DNA of 64,000 nucleotides. Origin: Phycisphaeraceae bacterium (GTDB lineage: Bacteria > Planctomycetota > Phycisphaerae > Phycisphaerales > Phycisphaeraceae). Below the pieces are notes generated by a model. The model did no database searches. It saw nothing but the letters and a program-made list of their open reading frames with translations, and was not told the origin of the DNA. This document shows positions 9,293 to 19,023 of the stretch, piece after piece. The translations under genes were made by a program, and so were the position numbers. The stretch's first letter is position 1, and each line of letters begins with the position of its first letter. Location: assembly GCA_963674705.1 (NCBI GenBank), contig OY771506.1, forward strand, positions 3,360,001-3,424,000. Reading direction: 5' to 3'.

Positions 9293-10191
9293 AACAGACT
9301 CCCCTGCATGCCACGGATAATCATGGGTGCGAAAACGATGATAACGACGGCGACGAGGATCAGCATGGACGGCACGAGGATGCGGAGGCTGGCGGAGGCG
9401 GAGAGTTTCTCGGCCTGCACGCCGCGGTGCATCCGGAGCATGTCGGATTGCAGTTTGAGGATGGTCGACAAAGGTGTGCCGAGGGTTTCAGCTTGATTGA
9501 CAGCGCCGACGATGGAGCGGAGCGATTCGAGCGGGATGCGGTCTGCCATGTGTGCGAGGGCAGCGGCGCGGGGCGTGCCGAGTTCGACTTCGCTTAAGAC
9601 GAGGGCGAGTTCCTGGTTGAGGTCGTCTTCCGGATCGTCGCGGATCAGCGTCTGGACGGCTTCGGTGAAGGTGGAGCCGGCGGCCATGGTCAGCGCGACG
9701 AGGTCGAGCGTGTAGGGCAGTTGCTTGCCGATCTTTCGGCAGCGTCGCATGCCGGCATCCTGCAATGCGTAGATGGGGACAAGGAAGCCGACGACGGTCA
9801 TGACGGGTCCGACGAATAGCGCGAGCGCACTATCTGCGGCGAAGACGAGCATGACGGAAACGAGCCCGAGTATGGCGGCGCTGACGATGCAGATGGCGAG
9901 GTATTCCTGGACGCTGTAGCCGGAGGGGTTGCCGGTGGCGTCGAGGTATTGTCGGATCTTGGCGCGCGTGCCGGGCATGTTCAGGCGGGCGGTGAGCGCG
10001 AGGCCGAGGTTCATGATCGGTGCGAGCAGTTGGTTTTCGAAGATGGTTTCTCGATCGACGCCCAGCGCCTTGGCGAAGCGCCGGTGGACCGGGGGCTCTG
10101 CGGGCACGGGATAAAGGAACAGCGCGTAGATCGGCAGGGCCACACCGATGAAGATGAACAGACTCACCAGGATTTGAAGGAGTATGTCCAT
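9289..10191 (-). CDS. tadC: Tad pilus platform protein TadC (T2SSF family)
   Basis: LPYTLDLVALTMAAG, QAETLGTPL, multiple TMs; start re-assigned to MDILLQ. Confidence 0.88.
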   Translation of the reverse strand: MDILLQILVSLFIFIGVALPIYALFLYPVPAEPPVHRRFAKALGVDRETIFENQLLAPIMNLGLALTARLNMPGTRAKIRQYLDATGNPSGYSVQEYLAICIVSAAILGLVSVMLVFAADSALALFVGPVMTVVGFLVPIYALQDAGMRRCRKIGKQLPYTLDLVALTMAAGSTFTEAVQTLIRDDPEDDLNQELALVLSEVELGTPRAAALAHMADRIPLESLRSIVGAVNQAETLGTPLSTILKLQSDMLRMHRGVQAEKLSASASLRILVPSMLILVAVVIIVFAPMIIRGMQGSLF

Positions 10192-10199
10192 GAGAAACC

Positions 10200-11051
10200 T
10201 TAGATATCCACCGCCATGATCTTGCGAATCCAGAAGAAAGCAACCGTGATGAGTACGGCGACGGTCAAAAGCAGCATGCGACCGGCCGGTTCTGCAAACA
10301 AGAGCGAGACGCCCTGCGAATCGATCGTCCACAACAGGGCGAGGAAGACGAAGGGCATCAACGCCATGAACAGCGCCTGGTAGCGTGCCTGGCTGGTGAG
10401 CGCATCGAGTTTGCCTTCGAGCCTGCTGATGTCGCGGATGGATTCGGCGATGCGGTCGAGGCTTTGTGCGGTGTCGCCGCCGCGCAGGCGGTGCATCTGG
10501 ATGGCGGTGAAGGTGAGGCGGTAGAGCTGCGAGCCGATGCGGTTGCTCGCGTTTTGCATGGCCTGGTTAAGGTCCATGCCGAGGCGGTATTCGCGGAGCA
10601 GTTGGCCGATTTCCTGTTTGATCGGGCCGACGCTGTTTTGTTCGAGCAGTTCCATGGACTGGACGAGGTTGAGTCCGGCGCGGGCGGCGGCGGCGAGGGT
10701 GGTCAGGCCGTCGACGAGCTGGCTTTCGAGTTTGCGTAAGCGCTGCGACTCGAGGTGGCGGATGTACATGTTGGGCAAAAGCATCGCGATCGCGCCGCAG
10801 GCGAGTGCAGCGATGACGGACATCGTGATGAGGAAAACGAAGAGGGCGACACCTATGACAAGTCCGGCCGAACCCAGTAGCGCGGTGCGCGGTTCGATGT
10901 CCATCAATAGTTGTTGACGCAGCACGCGGTCGTAGGCTTGCTCCTGTCTTGCGATCATTGCGAGCGACCATGCGTAGCCGTAGCGCACAAACATGTAGAC
11001 CGATGTGAAGGTCAGGACGCAGGCGATGATTAGCAGGAGGGTGGGGGGCAT
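10200..11051 (-). CDS. tadB: Tad pilus platform protein TadB (T2SSF family)
   Basis: QLVDGLTTLAAAARAG, GGDTAQSLDRIAESIR, ALTSQAR. Confidence 0.88.
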   Translation of the reverse strand: MPPTLLLIIACVLTFTSVYMFVRYGYAWSLAMIARQEQAYDRVLRQQLLMDIEPRTALLGSAGLVIGVALFVFLITMSVIAALACGAIAMLLPNMYIRHLESQRLRKLESQLVDGLTTLAAAARAGLNLVQSMELLEQNSVGPIKQEIGQLLREYRLGMDLNQAMQNASNRIGSQLYRLTFTAIQMHRLRGGDTAQSLDRIAESIRDISRLEGKLDALTSQARYQALFMALMPFVFLALLWTIDSQGVSLLFAEPAGRMLLLTVAVLITVAFFWIRKIMAVDI

Positions 11052-11078
11052 GGGGGGGGTGTGAGTGAAGGTTAGTTA

Positions 11079-11114
11079 GTAGGACGCCCACGTTCGGCGA
11101 ACGTGGGCTTCGGG
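11079..11114. repeat. REP-like hairpin CCCACGTTCG-CGAACGTGGG (second copy 49312-49339)
   Basis: GTAG-headed palindrome; near-identical core downstream of topA. Confidence 0.75.
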
Positions 11115-11125
11115 GGGTGGCGCTT

Positions 11126-12985
11126 TTATAAGAATACGCCGACGTCGAGGATTTTCCTTTCGATGAGTTCTTCGGCGAAGGTTGGGATGTAGCCTGTGTG
11201 TCGCAGGCGCGGTTGTTTGGGGTTACGCAGGGTGTAGATGTCTTCCAGACATAGCTGGTGTGTTTCGGGATCGATCTCGGTGGCTTCACAGATGCGCGTG
11301 ACGCGGCGGCGGCCGTCGGCGAAACGCGCGACCTGCACGACGATGTCGACGGCGGTGTGGATCTGCTCGCGGATAGCGCGGACGGGCATGTCGACAGCCA
11401 TGAGCACGAGGGTTTCCAGGCGTTTCATCGCGTCGGAGGGTGTGTTGGCGTGGAGCGTGGAGAGCGAACCGTCGTGTCCGGTGTTCATAGCCTGGAGCAT
11501 GTCGAGCGCTTCGGGGCCGCGCACTTCGCCGACGATGATGCGGTCGGGCCGCATGCGCAGGGCGTTGCGAACCAGTTCACGGATGGTGTACGCGCCGCGT
11601 CCTTCGATATTCGCTGGGCGTCCTTCGAGGCTGACGACGTGCGGTTGCGGCAGCTTCAGTTCGGCGGATTCCTCGACCGTGATGATACGTTCATCCGGGC
11701 GGGCGTAAGCGCCGAGCACGTTCAGGAGCGTTGTCTTACCTGAACCGGTGCCGCCTGAGATGATGATGTTCTGGCGACCGATGACGCAGCCCTGCAGGAA
11801 TGCGGCGCAGGTTTCGCTTAGGGAGCCGCGTTCGATCAGGTCGTCCATGGTGAACGGGATCCAGCCGAACTTGCGGATCGTCATGCACGGGCCGACCAGT
11901 GACAGCGGACTGATGACGACGTTGACGCGGCTACCGTCGGGCAAACGTGCATCGACAAGCGGTGTGGATGTATCGACGCGTCGACCGACCGGTGAAAGGA
12001 TGCGCTCGATGATCGACATCAACACTTCGTCGGAGAAGAACGTGCGCGAGGTGGGTTGGATGACGCCGTTCTTTTCGATGTAGATGCGGTCCTTGCCGAC
12101 GACCATGATCTCGCTGACGCTGGGCATTTCCAGCAGGTCCTGCAGCGGACCGAGCCCAAGGAGGATGTCCTGGATATCTTTGGACACGCTGCGGCGGACG
12201 ATGTAGCGGGCGAGTTCTTTGGGGATCGAATCGGATTGCTGTTTGTATAAACCGTCGAAAGCTTCTTCAGCCACCGCGAGGTCTTCGCCGACACTGGTCG
12301 GGTCGAAGAGCAGCGGCATCATGTCGACCATCGTCGTGACGAGTTCGGTGATCTGCTGCTGACGTCGTGGATCGAGCAGGGCGTCTTCAGCTTCTTTGTA
12401 GTCGGTTTGGACTTTACCCTGGCATTGCCGAACAACTTCCGCGTTGATCAGGCGCGACAGGTGCTGACGTACGGCGTGGTCGAGGACTTTTTCATCCAGC
12501 GTCTCGACGCGCTTGGTGAGGACCTGGTCCAGATGATGGAGCATCTGCGAGACGAATGCCTGGTCGGACTTATTGATCCTGCCGGTGACGCGCAGGTTCA
12601 TACGGTCGAGCAGTTCGGCGTGGACCTGCTGCTCAAGCTCCATGAGCTTGGCTTGGAGTTCTTCAGACTCATTACCGATGACGCCGGTGCGGTCTTTGCC
12701 GACAGGCGCGAGTGAGAACTGGCCGATCTGCACTTCATCACCGAAGTCGAGGCGTGCTGATTTACCCATCGCGACTTCACGATTGGCAACGCGCGTGCCT
12801 GCACGGCTAAGCGCCTCGACGAACATCTGGTTGCCCTTGAGGACGATGCGCGCGTGGCGGCGGGCGACGAACGGGCTCTTGAGTACGATCGCGCAGGAAT
12901 CATCGCGGCCGATCGTGATGGATGAACCCTCGGCCTGGAGGGTTGAACGCTCGTTCGTGCTGTGATCGTAGAGCCAGAATTCCAT
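11126..12985 (-). CDS. cpaF: FHA-fused CpaF/TadA pilus assembly ATPase
   Basis: N-terminal FHA-like (IGRD..ARRH); [10 protein letters not shown], Walker [31 protein letters not shown]. Confidence 0.92.
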   Translation of the reverse strand: MEFWLYDHSTNERSTLQAEGSSITIGRDDSCAIVLKSPFVARRHARIVLKGNQMFVEALSRAGTRVANREVAMGKSARLDFGDEVQIGQFSLAPVGKDRTGVIGNESEELQAKLMELEQQVHAELLDRMNLRVTGRINKSDQAFVSQMLHHLDQVLTKRVETLDEKVLDHAVRQHLSRLINAEVVRQCQGKVQTDYKEAEDALLDPRRQQQITELVTTMVDMMPLLFDPTSVGEDLAVAEEAFDGLYKQQSDSIPKELARYIVRRSVSKDIQDILLGLGPLQDLLEMPSVSEIMVVGKDRIYIEKNGVIQPTSRTFFSDEVLMSIIERILSPVGRRVDTSTPLVDARLPDGSRVNVVISPLSLVGPCMTIRKFGWIPFTMDDLIERGSLSETCAAFLQGCVIGRQNIIISGGTGSGKTTLLNVLGAYARPDERIITVEESAELKLPQPHVVSLEGRPANIEGRGAYTIRELVRNALRMRPDRIIVGEVRGPEALDMLQAMNTGHDGSLSTLHANTPSDAMKRLETLVLMAVDMPVRAIREQIHTAVDIVVQVARFADGRRRVTRICEATEIDPETHQLCLEDIYTLRNPKQPRLRHTGYIPTFAEELIERKILDVGVFL

Positions 12986-12992
12986 GCGGGGC

Positions 12993-13778
12993 TTATCTCT
13001 CGGGTGCGACGACGCCGCGGTCGATCAGTCGAAGGACCTGCGGGTTGATGCCGCCTTCAGGAATCTTGGGCGTGGTGTTATCGTTGGGATTACGCAGTTG
13101 AATTTCGAAGTCGCCGATGACCATCTTCTTGATCTTGGCGAGCAGCGTGGCTTCTTCGGGCGTGACCTGGATGCTGATGTTGTCGAACCGGTCGCGGCCG
13201 CGCCGGGTTTCCTCATCGGCGATGCTGCGTGTGCCGACGGCGAAGACCTCGACGTTTTCGAGGATCGGCAGGATGTTGACGACGCCGCCGGGGAACTGGG
13301 CTTCGATATCAACGCTCATGCCGGGCACGAGGCTGCCGGGCAGCGTTCGGGCGTTGACCGGCAGGGCGATCAGCCGCATGTTGGGATCGATGCGTGTGTC
13401 GAGTTCGGTATCGTTCGGGTTATTGAACATATCGAAGACGAGGAACTGGTTGCGCTTGGCGATCTTTTCGATGGGCGTGCCGATGTAGGCGGTCAGCGAC
13501 GCGTTGCCCCTGCCGGATTCTTCGACGACGAAACCCTCGAAGGATTTGCTGTAGCTTTTTGGCATGGGGACGGCTTCGACGTCTTTTTCGGAAAGCTTGT
13601 CGCCGGGCTGGAGCGTGGTGGTGAGGCGGTAGACCGTGAAGCGATCTTCGGCGATGTTGCGCTTGATCATGGCCACGTAGAGGTTGACCACGATGACGGC
13701 GGCGACGGCGACCACCGCGGCGATGATGATCAGACGGTTGCTCCCGGGCGGGGCTTGTGTGTTGGGCGTTGCGGCCAT
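12993..13778 (-). CDS. cpaB: CpaB/RcpC family pilus assembly protein
   Basis: N-terminal TM, SAF-like segment, MRLIALPV..LVPGMSVDI, LENVEVFAVG, VTPEEA. Confidence 0.8.
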   Translation of the reverse strand: MAATPNTQAPPGSNRLIIIAAVVAVAAVIVVNLYVAMIKRNIAEDRFTVYRLTTTLQPGDKLSEKDVEAVPMPKSYSKSFEGFVVEESGRGNASLTAYIGTPIEKIAKRNQFLVFDMFNNPNDTELDTRIDPNMRLIALPVNARTLPGSLVPGMSVDIEAQFPGGVVNILPILENVEVFAVGTRSIADEETRRGRDRFDNISIQVTPEEATLLAKIKKMVIGDFEIQLRNPNDNTTPKIPEGGINPQVLRLIDRGVVAPER

Positions 13779-13888
13779 GGTTTTGTCACTCGCTTACCGG
13801 GGTGTAACGGCCGGGCGGTGCGTGTAAGCCCGTGCCTGGGTTGATTATAAGGTACTGCATCTATCGGCAAAGCGTCGGACCGGGGGGT

Positions 13889-13907
13889 TAAAACCCGAGG
13901 TCGGGTT
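13889..13907 (-). terminator. Possible terminator after the kinase gene
   Basis: AACCCGA-CC-TCGGGTT followed by T run on the minus strand. Confidence 0.45.
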
Positions 13908-13925
13908 GCGTGCGGAGGGACCGGG

Positions 13926-16472
13926 TCAGGGGGTGGAGCCATTTTCCGCGGCCTGTACCTGTTCGAGCAGCTCGCGCACTTCGTCGGTGGTCCGTATTTC
14001 GGCGGCGATACGCAATTGCGCTCGGGCGCTGGCGTATTCCCCGGCGGCGATGTAGTTGCGGGCCTGGGCGAGCAGGTGATCGAACTCGGCTTCATCCAGG
14101 CGTGCACGGACCTGTGGCGTATCCATCGCTTCCTTGGCGCGGAGGTAGTGGCGTTTGGCTTCGCCGAAGGCGCTGCGGTTGCGGGCCGCGTCGCCGGCGT
14201 TTAGGTGGCGTATGTATTCACCGCGGACTTCGACCTCGTTGCGTACGGCCGCGACGTCGGTGTTGTTCGGTTCGAGTTGGCTTGCCTGGATGATCAGTTC
14301 GTTCGCCTTGTCGATATCCCCGGTTTCCAGCGAGGCGCGGGCCTGCTTGAGAAGGATCTGCACGCGGATGCCGGTGACTTTATCGCTGAGCGGGTTGTCG
14401 GTGCCGAGTTGAAGAGCGTTTTCGTATTGACGCAGCGCGGTATCGTAGTCGCCGTTGGCTGCGGCGGTGTCGCCTGCTTCGATGAAGGCATCACGACGGT
14501 TGGACGAGGCGATGCGTGCCAGGGCGTCGCGTGCCTGCTTGTTGTCAGGATCGTAGCCGAGCGCCTCGGTAAACATCTGGTCTGCGCCGAAGGTGTTGCC
14601 TTGGGCGAGCATACGCAGGCCTTCCTCGACAAGCCAACTGCTGCGCAGCTTGGTGAGTTTGTCTTTTAGTGATTGGTCGTTGGGTAGCGCCTCGATCGCT
14701 TCTTCGTAATGTTGGATAGCCGACTCGGGATCCCCGCGATCGAGCGCGGCCTGCGCCAGAGCGAGCGCCTTGTCGGCGGTCTGCTCGGATTCCAGGCGGT
14801 TGAGGAACTCGGTGACTTCGAGTTTTTGCGGACCAGACTGTAGCAGTTTGATCGCTTCGTTACGGTTACCCGTACGTAATAGATCGTTGGCTTCTCGGAT
14901 CAATTCCTGCACGCGCCAGCGAGCAAGTTGATCTTCAAGCCTCGCGCCTAAGGAGCGCAACGCCTGGTGTTCTTCATCCGATGCCGCGAGGTCGCGCCAC
15001 TCATCCAGTTCTCTGCGGGCCTGGCCGAACGAATGCTCATCGATCAAGGTTTCGATCTGTTCGACGGTTTGCGCGAAGGCTTTGGCTTGCTGGGTTTCGT
15101 CGATAAGGGCACGTGCGTTGTTGCGGTAGTCGTCGCCCAAGTCTGCGGCTTCTGTGTAGGCGCGGATCGCATCGTCGTACTGCTTCTGGTCGAATTTGAT
15201 GTGTCCGCGGGCGAACAGAGCGCCTGCCTGGGCCCGTTTGCCGAACGCCGCCTGGACTTGCTGGTTCTGATCGTTAGCTATCTGATCGAACATGTTCATC
15301 GCGACTTCGTATTTTTCATCGCGATAAGCCTGCATGGCGTCATCCAATGTCTGTCGTGCGGCATCGAGAACGCGCTGACGCTCTGCACGGCTCTGGTTCA
15401 TCATGAAGAGGCCAACACCCGCTGCGGCGAGGATGACGACGGCCGCAGCGATGATGCCGAACTTCATCGCTTTGCCTTTGGTCGGCAGGGCGGTGGTGTC
15501 GCCGGGCGTGGTAGCCTGCGCGGGGACTTCTTCGGGGGGGCCGAAGTCATCGGCGGCGGGGCCTGTGTCTTTACCGTCGAAGTGACGCTTGATCGCGCTG
15601 ATCAGGTCCTTGGCTGAGCCGACGCGCTGATTGGGGTCTTTTTCCATCAAGCGCTGAACGAGATCGGAGATCGGCTGTGGGATATCGGGTAGCAGGTCGG
15701 TTAACGGCGGGGCCTTGGTTTTGGGGTTGGTGTGCCACTTCACCCAGCGCACCGCCTGGTTGCGTTGATCGCGGAGGATGAGTTTGAACGCTTCGTCAAA
15801 CTTCTCCCTGCCGGCGATCATTTCGTAAGCCATCATGCCCAGTGCGTAGAGGTCTGCCCGGCCGTCGACCTTTTTGTTTTCCAGCAGCTCCGGCGACATA
15901 TAGCGGACCGTGCCGGAGGTCGGGCTGGTTTGGTTGTCGATGTCGGTGGCGAGGCCGAAGTCACTGATCTTCAGGCCGCCGGTGCGTGGCATGAGGATGT
16001 TGGCGGGTTTGAGATCGAGGTGGATGATGCCCTGTTTATGGATCGAGTTGAGCGCCTGTGCGGTGGCGGCGATGATGCCCAACGCCTGCTTGAGGTTCAT
16101 CGGCAAGGTGTTCTGGGCAAGGATCTGCTCCAGAGACGGCCCACTGATGTATTCGTTGATCAGCAGCAGGCCATTGGGTGAATCCACGACATCCAGCACC
16201 TGCACGAGCCTGGCCGGGTCTGCCTCGGCCGCCTTCTGGTGCAGCCGCGCCTCGGTCATGATCTTTTCACGCAGTTGCGCTTCATCCTGGTCCGCGTTAA
16301 ATAGAAACTGCTTGATCGCGACCTTCTTACCGAGCAGGTCGTCGACGGCTTTGTAGACGACGGATTGGCCGCCCGAGCCGATCTGCTGCTTGATGACGTA
16401 AGGCTCGACGTGATCGCCCGGCCGCAGGGCTGCGCCGTGGTTTGAAGACGGGTTGGAAGTCGGATCGGTCAT
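13926..16472 (-). CDS. Bitopic Hanks-type Ser/Thr kinase with C-terminal TPR array
   Basis: GSGGQSVV, VAIK, HLDLKPAN, DFG, GTVRYMSPE; one TM; long TPR-like region. Confidence 0.93.
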   Translation of the reverse strand: MTDPTSNPSSNHGAALRPGDHVEPYVIKQQIGSGGQSVVYKAVDDLLGKKVAIKQFLFNADQDEAQLREKIMTEARLHQKAAEADPARLVQVLDVVDSPNGLLLINEYISGPSLEQILAQNTLPMNLKQALGIIAATAQALNSIHKQGIIHLDLKPANILMPRTGGLKISDFGLATDIDNQTSPTSGTVRYMSPELLENKKVDGRADLYALGMMAYEMIAGREKFDEAFKLILRDQRNQAVRWVKWHTNPKTKAPPLTDLLPDIPQPISDLVQRLMEKDPNQRVGSAKDLISAIKRHFDGKDTGPAADDFGPPEEVPAQATTPGDTTALPTKGKAMKFGIIAAAVVILAAAGVGLFMMNQSRAERQRVLDAARQTLDDAMQAYRDEKYEVAMNMFDQIANDQNQQVQAAFGKRAQAGALFARGHIKFDQKQYDDAIRAYTEAADLGDDYRNNARALIDETQQAKAFAQTVEQIETLIDEHSFGQARRELDEWRDLAASDEEHQALRSLGARLEDQLARWRVQELIREANDLLRTGNRNEAIKLLQSGPQKLEVTEFLNRLESEQTADKALALAQAALDRGDPESAIQHYEEAIEALPNDQSLKDKLTKLRSSWLVEEGLRMLAQGNTFGADQMFTEALGYDPDNKQARDALARIASSNRRDAFIEAGDTAAANGDYDTALRQYENALQLGTDNPLSDKVTGIRVQILLKQARASLETGDIDKANELIIQASQLEPNNTDVAAVRNEVEVRGEYIRHLNAGDAARNRSAFGEAKRHYLRAKEAMDTPQVRARLDEAEFDHLLAQARNYIAAGEYASARAQLRIAAEIRTTDEVRELLEQVQAAENGSTP

Positions 16473-16532
16473 GCGTTCGGGGGTTTCGTGGTAGCGGGGG
16501 TGTATTTTAGCCTATTTAGGAGGGGGGAGTTG

Positions 16533-16617
16533 GAGCCGTTAGCCATTAGCCTTTAGCCATTAGCTATGAAAAAATGGTCCTTTACGATTCAACATTGCAC
16601 ATTGAACATTGAACATC
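16533..16617. repeat. Heptamer arrays (AGCCATT)n and (TGAACAT)n
   Basis: Same families as at ~8164, 21652 and 29726. Confidence 0.8.
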
Positions 16618-16621
16618 CCCC

Positions 16622-17161
16622 TTATGTCCATGGCAATTGCAGGCCCAGCAGGTGTTCTGCGGCGGCGAGGATACCGCCGAGGGCGACGGCTGTGCCGAAG
16701 GGGACGGTATGTTTTTCGTTTTCCAGATCGGGTTTGACCCTTGCGGCGGCGGAGAGGATCGCGCCGAAGATTCGGCTGAAGGTCTGCTTGATCAGGCCGT
16801 GATGGATCATGAGGTAGATGGCCATGAGCATTGCGACGATCAGGCCGTAGAACGCGGTACCGAGCACGACCTGCCAGCTTGCACTGATCGCGCCGACGGC
16901 TCCCATGAGTTTTGCATCGCCACCACCGAGCCAGCCTCGCAATGCCATGAGACTGAACGGGACAAGTCCGCAGAGCAATGTGAGGAAGGAGGTGCCGATG
17001 CCTTTGTCGCTGCCGATAAAGCCGGCGAGGAACCAAAAAAGAAGCCCGCAGAGCATCGCGGGCAGGGTAAGCCAGTTGTAGATTTTGCCATGCTTGAAGT
17101 CGGTCACCGCTGCAACAAGCAGGACGAGAACAAGCATGCTAAAGGCGATGATTGCAAGCAC
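16622..17161 (-). CDS. cpaA: A24 prepilin peptidase CpaA/TadV
   Basis: TD..KIYN, GGGDAKL, VPFGTA; multi-TM; adjacent to pilins. Confidence 0.92.
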   Translation of the reverse strand: MLAIIAFSMLVLVLLVAAVTDFKHGKIYNWLTLPAMLCGLLFWFLAGFIGSDKGIGTSFLTLLCGLVPFSLMALRGWLGGGDAKLMGAVGAISASWQVVLGTAFYGLIVAMLMAIYLMIHHGLIKQTFSRIFGAILSAAARVKPDLENEKHTVPFGTAVALGGILAAAEHLLGLQLPWT

Positions 17162-17236
17162 ATTTACCCATCTTCAGCATAATCCGGAAGGACCCCAAAC
17201 CCATAAGGAAACGAAAGACCGCCAACCACGTTCTAA

Positions 17237-17467
17237 TTAATCGAAGGGGCTGGTGTCGTTATTTTCCGCGTCGCTGCTGACATCACTCCACGCGCCCCGG
17301 ACCCATTCATTGAGCCTGTCACGGAAGACGATGAGCACGGCCAGCAGGGGGATGACGATTGCGCCGATGATCAGCAGTTTTTCCAGGCCTTCAGCGCCCT
17401 TTTCGCAGTGGTACAGACGCTTGAGCGCGTCGGCGGTTTTGGTCAGGCGTGATTTGAGCTGTGTCAT
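17237..17467 (-). CDS. flp: Flp family pilin (non-canonical)
   Basis: Basic leader, KG|AEGLEK then hydrophobic helix; GAGG RBS. Confidence 0.75.
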   Translation of the reverse strand: MTQLKSRLTKTADALKRLYHCEKGAEGLEKLLIIGAIVIPLLAVLIVFRDRLNEWVRGAWSDVSSDAENNDTSPFD

Positions 17468-17551
17468 GGGTAGGTCCTCGTTTTAGTGACGGCGGCTAAA
17501 GCCACCTCCGCCGAGGCGGTACAAATTTGTGGGTACGGGCTGGTTTACTTT

Positions 17552-17755
17552 TTACGGAAACGGCAGGGCGTTGAGTGTGGTGATCATCTGGTAGTGCGCC
17601 ATCAACGTATTCAGCGCCATCAGGATGATAAAGTAGCTGGGGATGGCAATGGCTCCCAGCAGCAGGGCCCATTCGATGGTGGTCGCCCCGTTTTGGTCGC
17701 TCAGCAGCTTCCTCAGGTGCTTCCCATATCGGGTTGCCGGCCGGCTACGTTTCAT
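17552..17755 (-). CDS. Flp-like pilin or minor pilin
   Basis: Basic leader, NG|ATTIEWALL, hydrophobic helix. Confidence 0.75.
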   Translation of the reverse strand: MKRSRPATRYGKHLRKLLSDQNGATTIEWALLLGAIAIPSYFIILMALNTLMAHYQMITTLNALPFP

Positions 17756-17784
17756 ATCGTCCTATTCTACGCTCGGTTAACAGT

Positions 17785-18894
17785 TTATTCCATCCCCAAA
17801 ATTGGCTTGATCCGGTCGGTAATCAGGCTTCTGTGGTCCGAGCCGAGTCGGCCGCCAAGAGCAGAACGCTCGCCGGTCCAGGCTAATTGCATCTGTTTGT
17901 CCTTGTTGTCGTCTTCGGTCTGCTTGAGGACGAATATATCTCGCAGTTGGTATCGGCCTGCGTCGTCGACCTGCTCGACCTCGCTGATCTGGGTGACCAG
18001 CCGACGGCCGCCGATGTGTCGGCTCATATGTACGACCAGGTCCACCGCCGAGGCGATCTGGCTCCGCAGGGCGAACAGGGGCAACTCGACCTTGCTCATC
18101 AGGGCCATGGTCTCGAGGCGGTTGAGCGTATCGGCGGGGCTGTTGGCGTGGAGGGTGCCCATCGACCCGCCGTGGCCGCTGGTCATCGCCTGGATCATGT
18201 CCAGGGCCTCGCCACCGCGGACCTCACCGATGATGATCCGGTCGGGCCTCAGACGCAGGCTGGAGCGGAACAGTTCCCGGATGGAGACAGCGCCTCGGCC
18301 GTATCGGTCGGGCTGCTGGGCCTCGAGCGAGATCATGTGGGTTTTTTGAAGCTGAAGCTCGGCCGAGTCCTCGATGACGACGATCCGCTGCTCATCCGGG
18401 ATGAAACTGGACAGGGCGTTGAGCAGGCTGGTTTTCCCGGAGCTGGTGCCGCCGGCGACGAGCAGGTTCTGCTCCGCGTTAACCGCGAGCTTGAGGTAGT
18501 CCCGGGCCTGGGCGGTGATCGTGCCCAACTCGATCAGCCAGTCGATGTCGAGCACCATCTGGCTGAACTTGCGGATGGCCATGGTCGTGCCGAAACGGGC
18601 GCAGGGGGCCTTGGCGACGTGGACACGCGAGCCGTCGGGCAGGCGGGAATCGACCAGCGGGGTGTTATCGCTGAGCGATCGGCCGGTGAATTGCAGGATG
18701 TTATTGATCGCCGCCTCGTACGCTTCCTGATCGTCGAAACGGGCATCGGTGTGGATGACTTTGCCGTCTTTTTCGATGTAGATTTCGTCGCAGCGGTTGA
18801 TCATGACCTCGGTGACACCGGGATCGTCCAGGTACGCCTTGATCGGCGACAGGTAGTGCTCGACGGTGCGGACGAATAGTTCCTGGGAGGGCAT
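17785..18894 (-). CDS. cpaF: Second CpaF/TadA family ATPase
   Basis: [40 protein letters not shown]. Confidence 0.92.
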   Translation of the reverse strand: MPSQELFVRTVEHYLSPIKAYLDDPGVTEVMINRCDEIYIEKDGKVIHTDARFDDQEAYEAAINNILQFTGRSLSDNTPLVDSRLPDGSRVHVAKAPCARFGTTMAIRKFSQMVLDIDWLIELGTITAQARDYLKLAVNAEQNLLVAGGTSSGKTSLLNALSSFIPDEQRIVVIEDSAELQLQKTHMISLEAQQPDRYGRGAVSIRELFRSSLRLRPDRIIIGEVRGGEALDMIQAMTSGHGGSMGTLHANSPADTLNRLETMALMSKVELPLFALRSQIASAVDLVVHMSRHIGGRRLVTQISEVEQVDDAGRYQLRDIFVLKQTEDDNKDKQMQLAWTGERSALGGRLGSDHRSLITDRIKPILGME

Positions 18895-18963
18895 GGGGGT
18901 ATTTTAGCAGTGATCGCGAAAGGGTGATCCCGGGGGATAGAAAAAGACGGAATTGCTGATGTG

Positions 18964-19023
18964 TAATCGTTAATCGTTAATTTAATCACGATTAGCGATT
19001 AGAGATTCGAGATTAGCGATTAT
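18964..19023. repeat. Inverted heptamer arrays (TAATCGT)n / (GATTAGC)n
   Basis: Directly visible. Confidence 0.7.

Noticed and set aside
13861..13891. Sigma28 promoter upstream of cpaB (GCCGATAG)
   Set aside because: Good -10, but the nearest TAA-type -35 is 17-18 nt away, unlike the other four; left uncalled
17486..18879. Long antisense ORFs (17486+, 17887+, also 12984+, 31027-, 43701+)
   Set aside because: Shadow frames opposite well-supported genes in high-GC DNA
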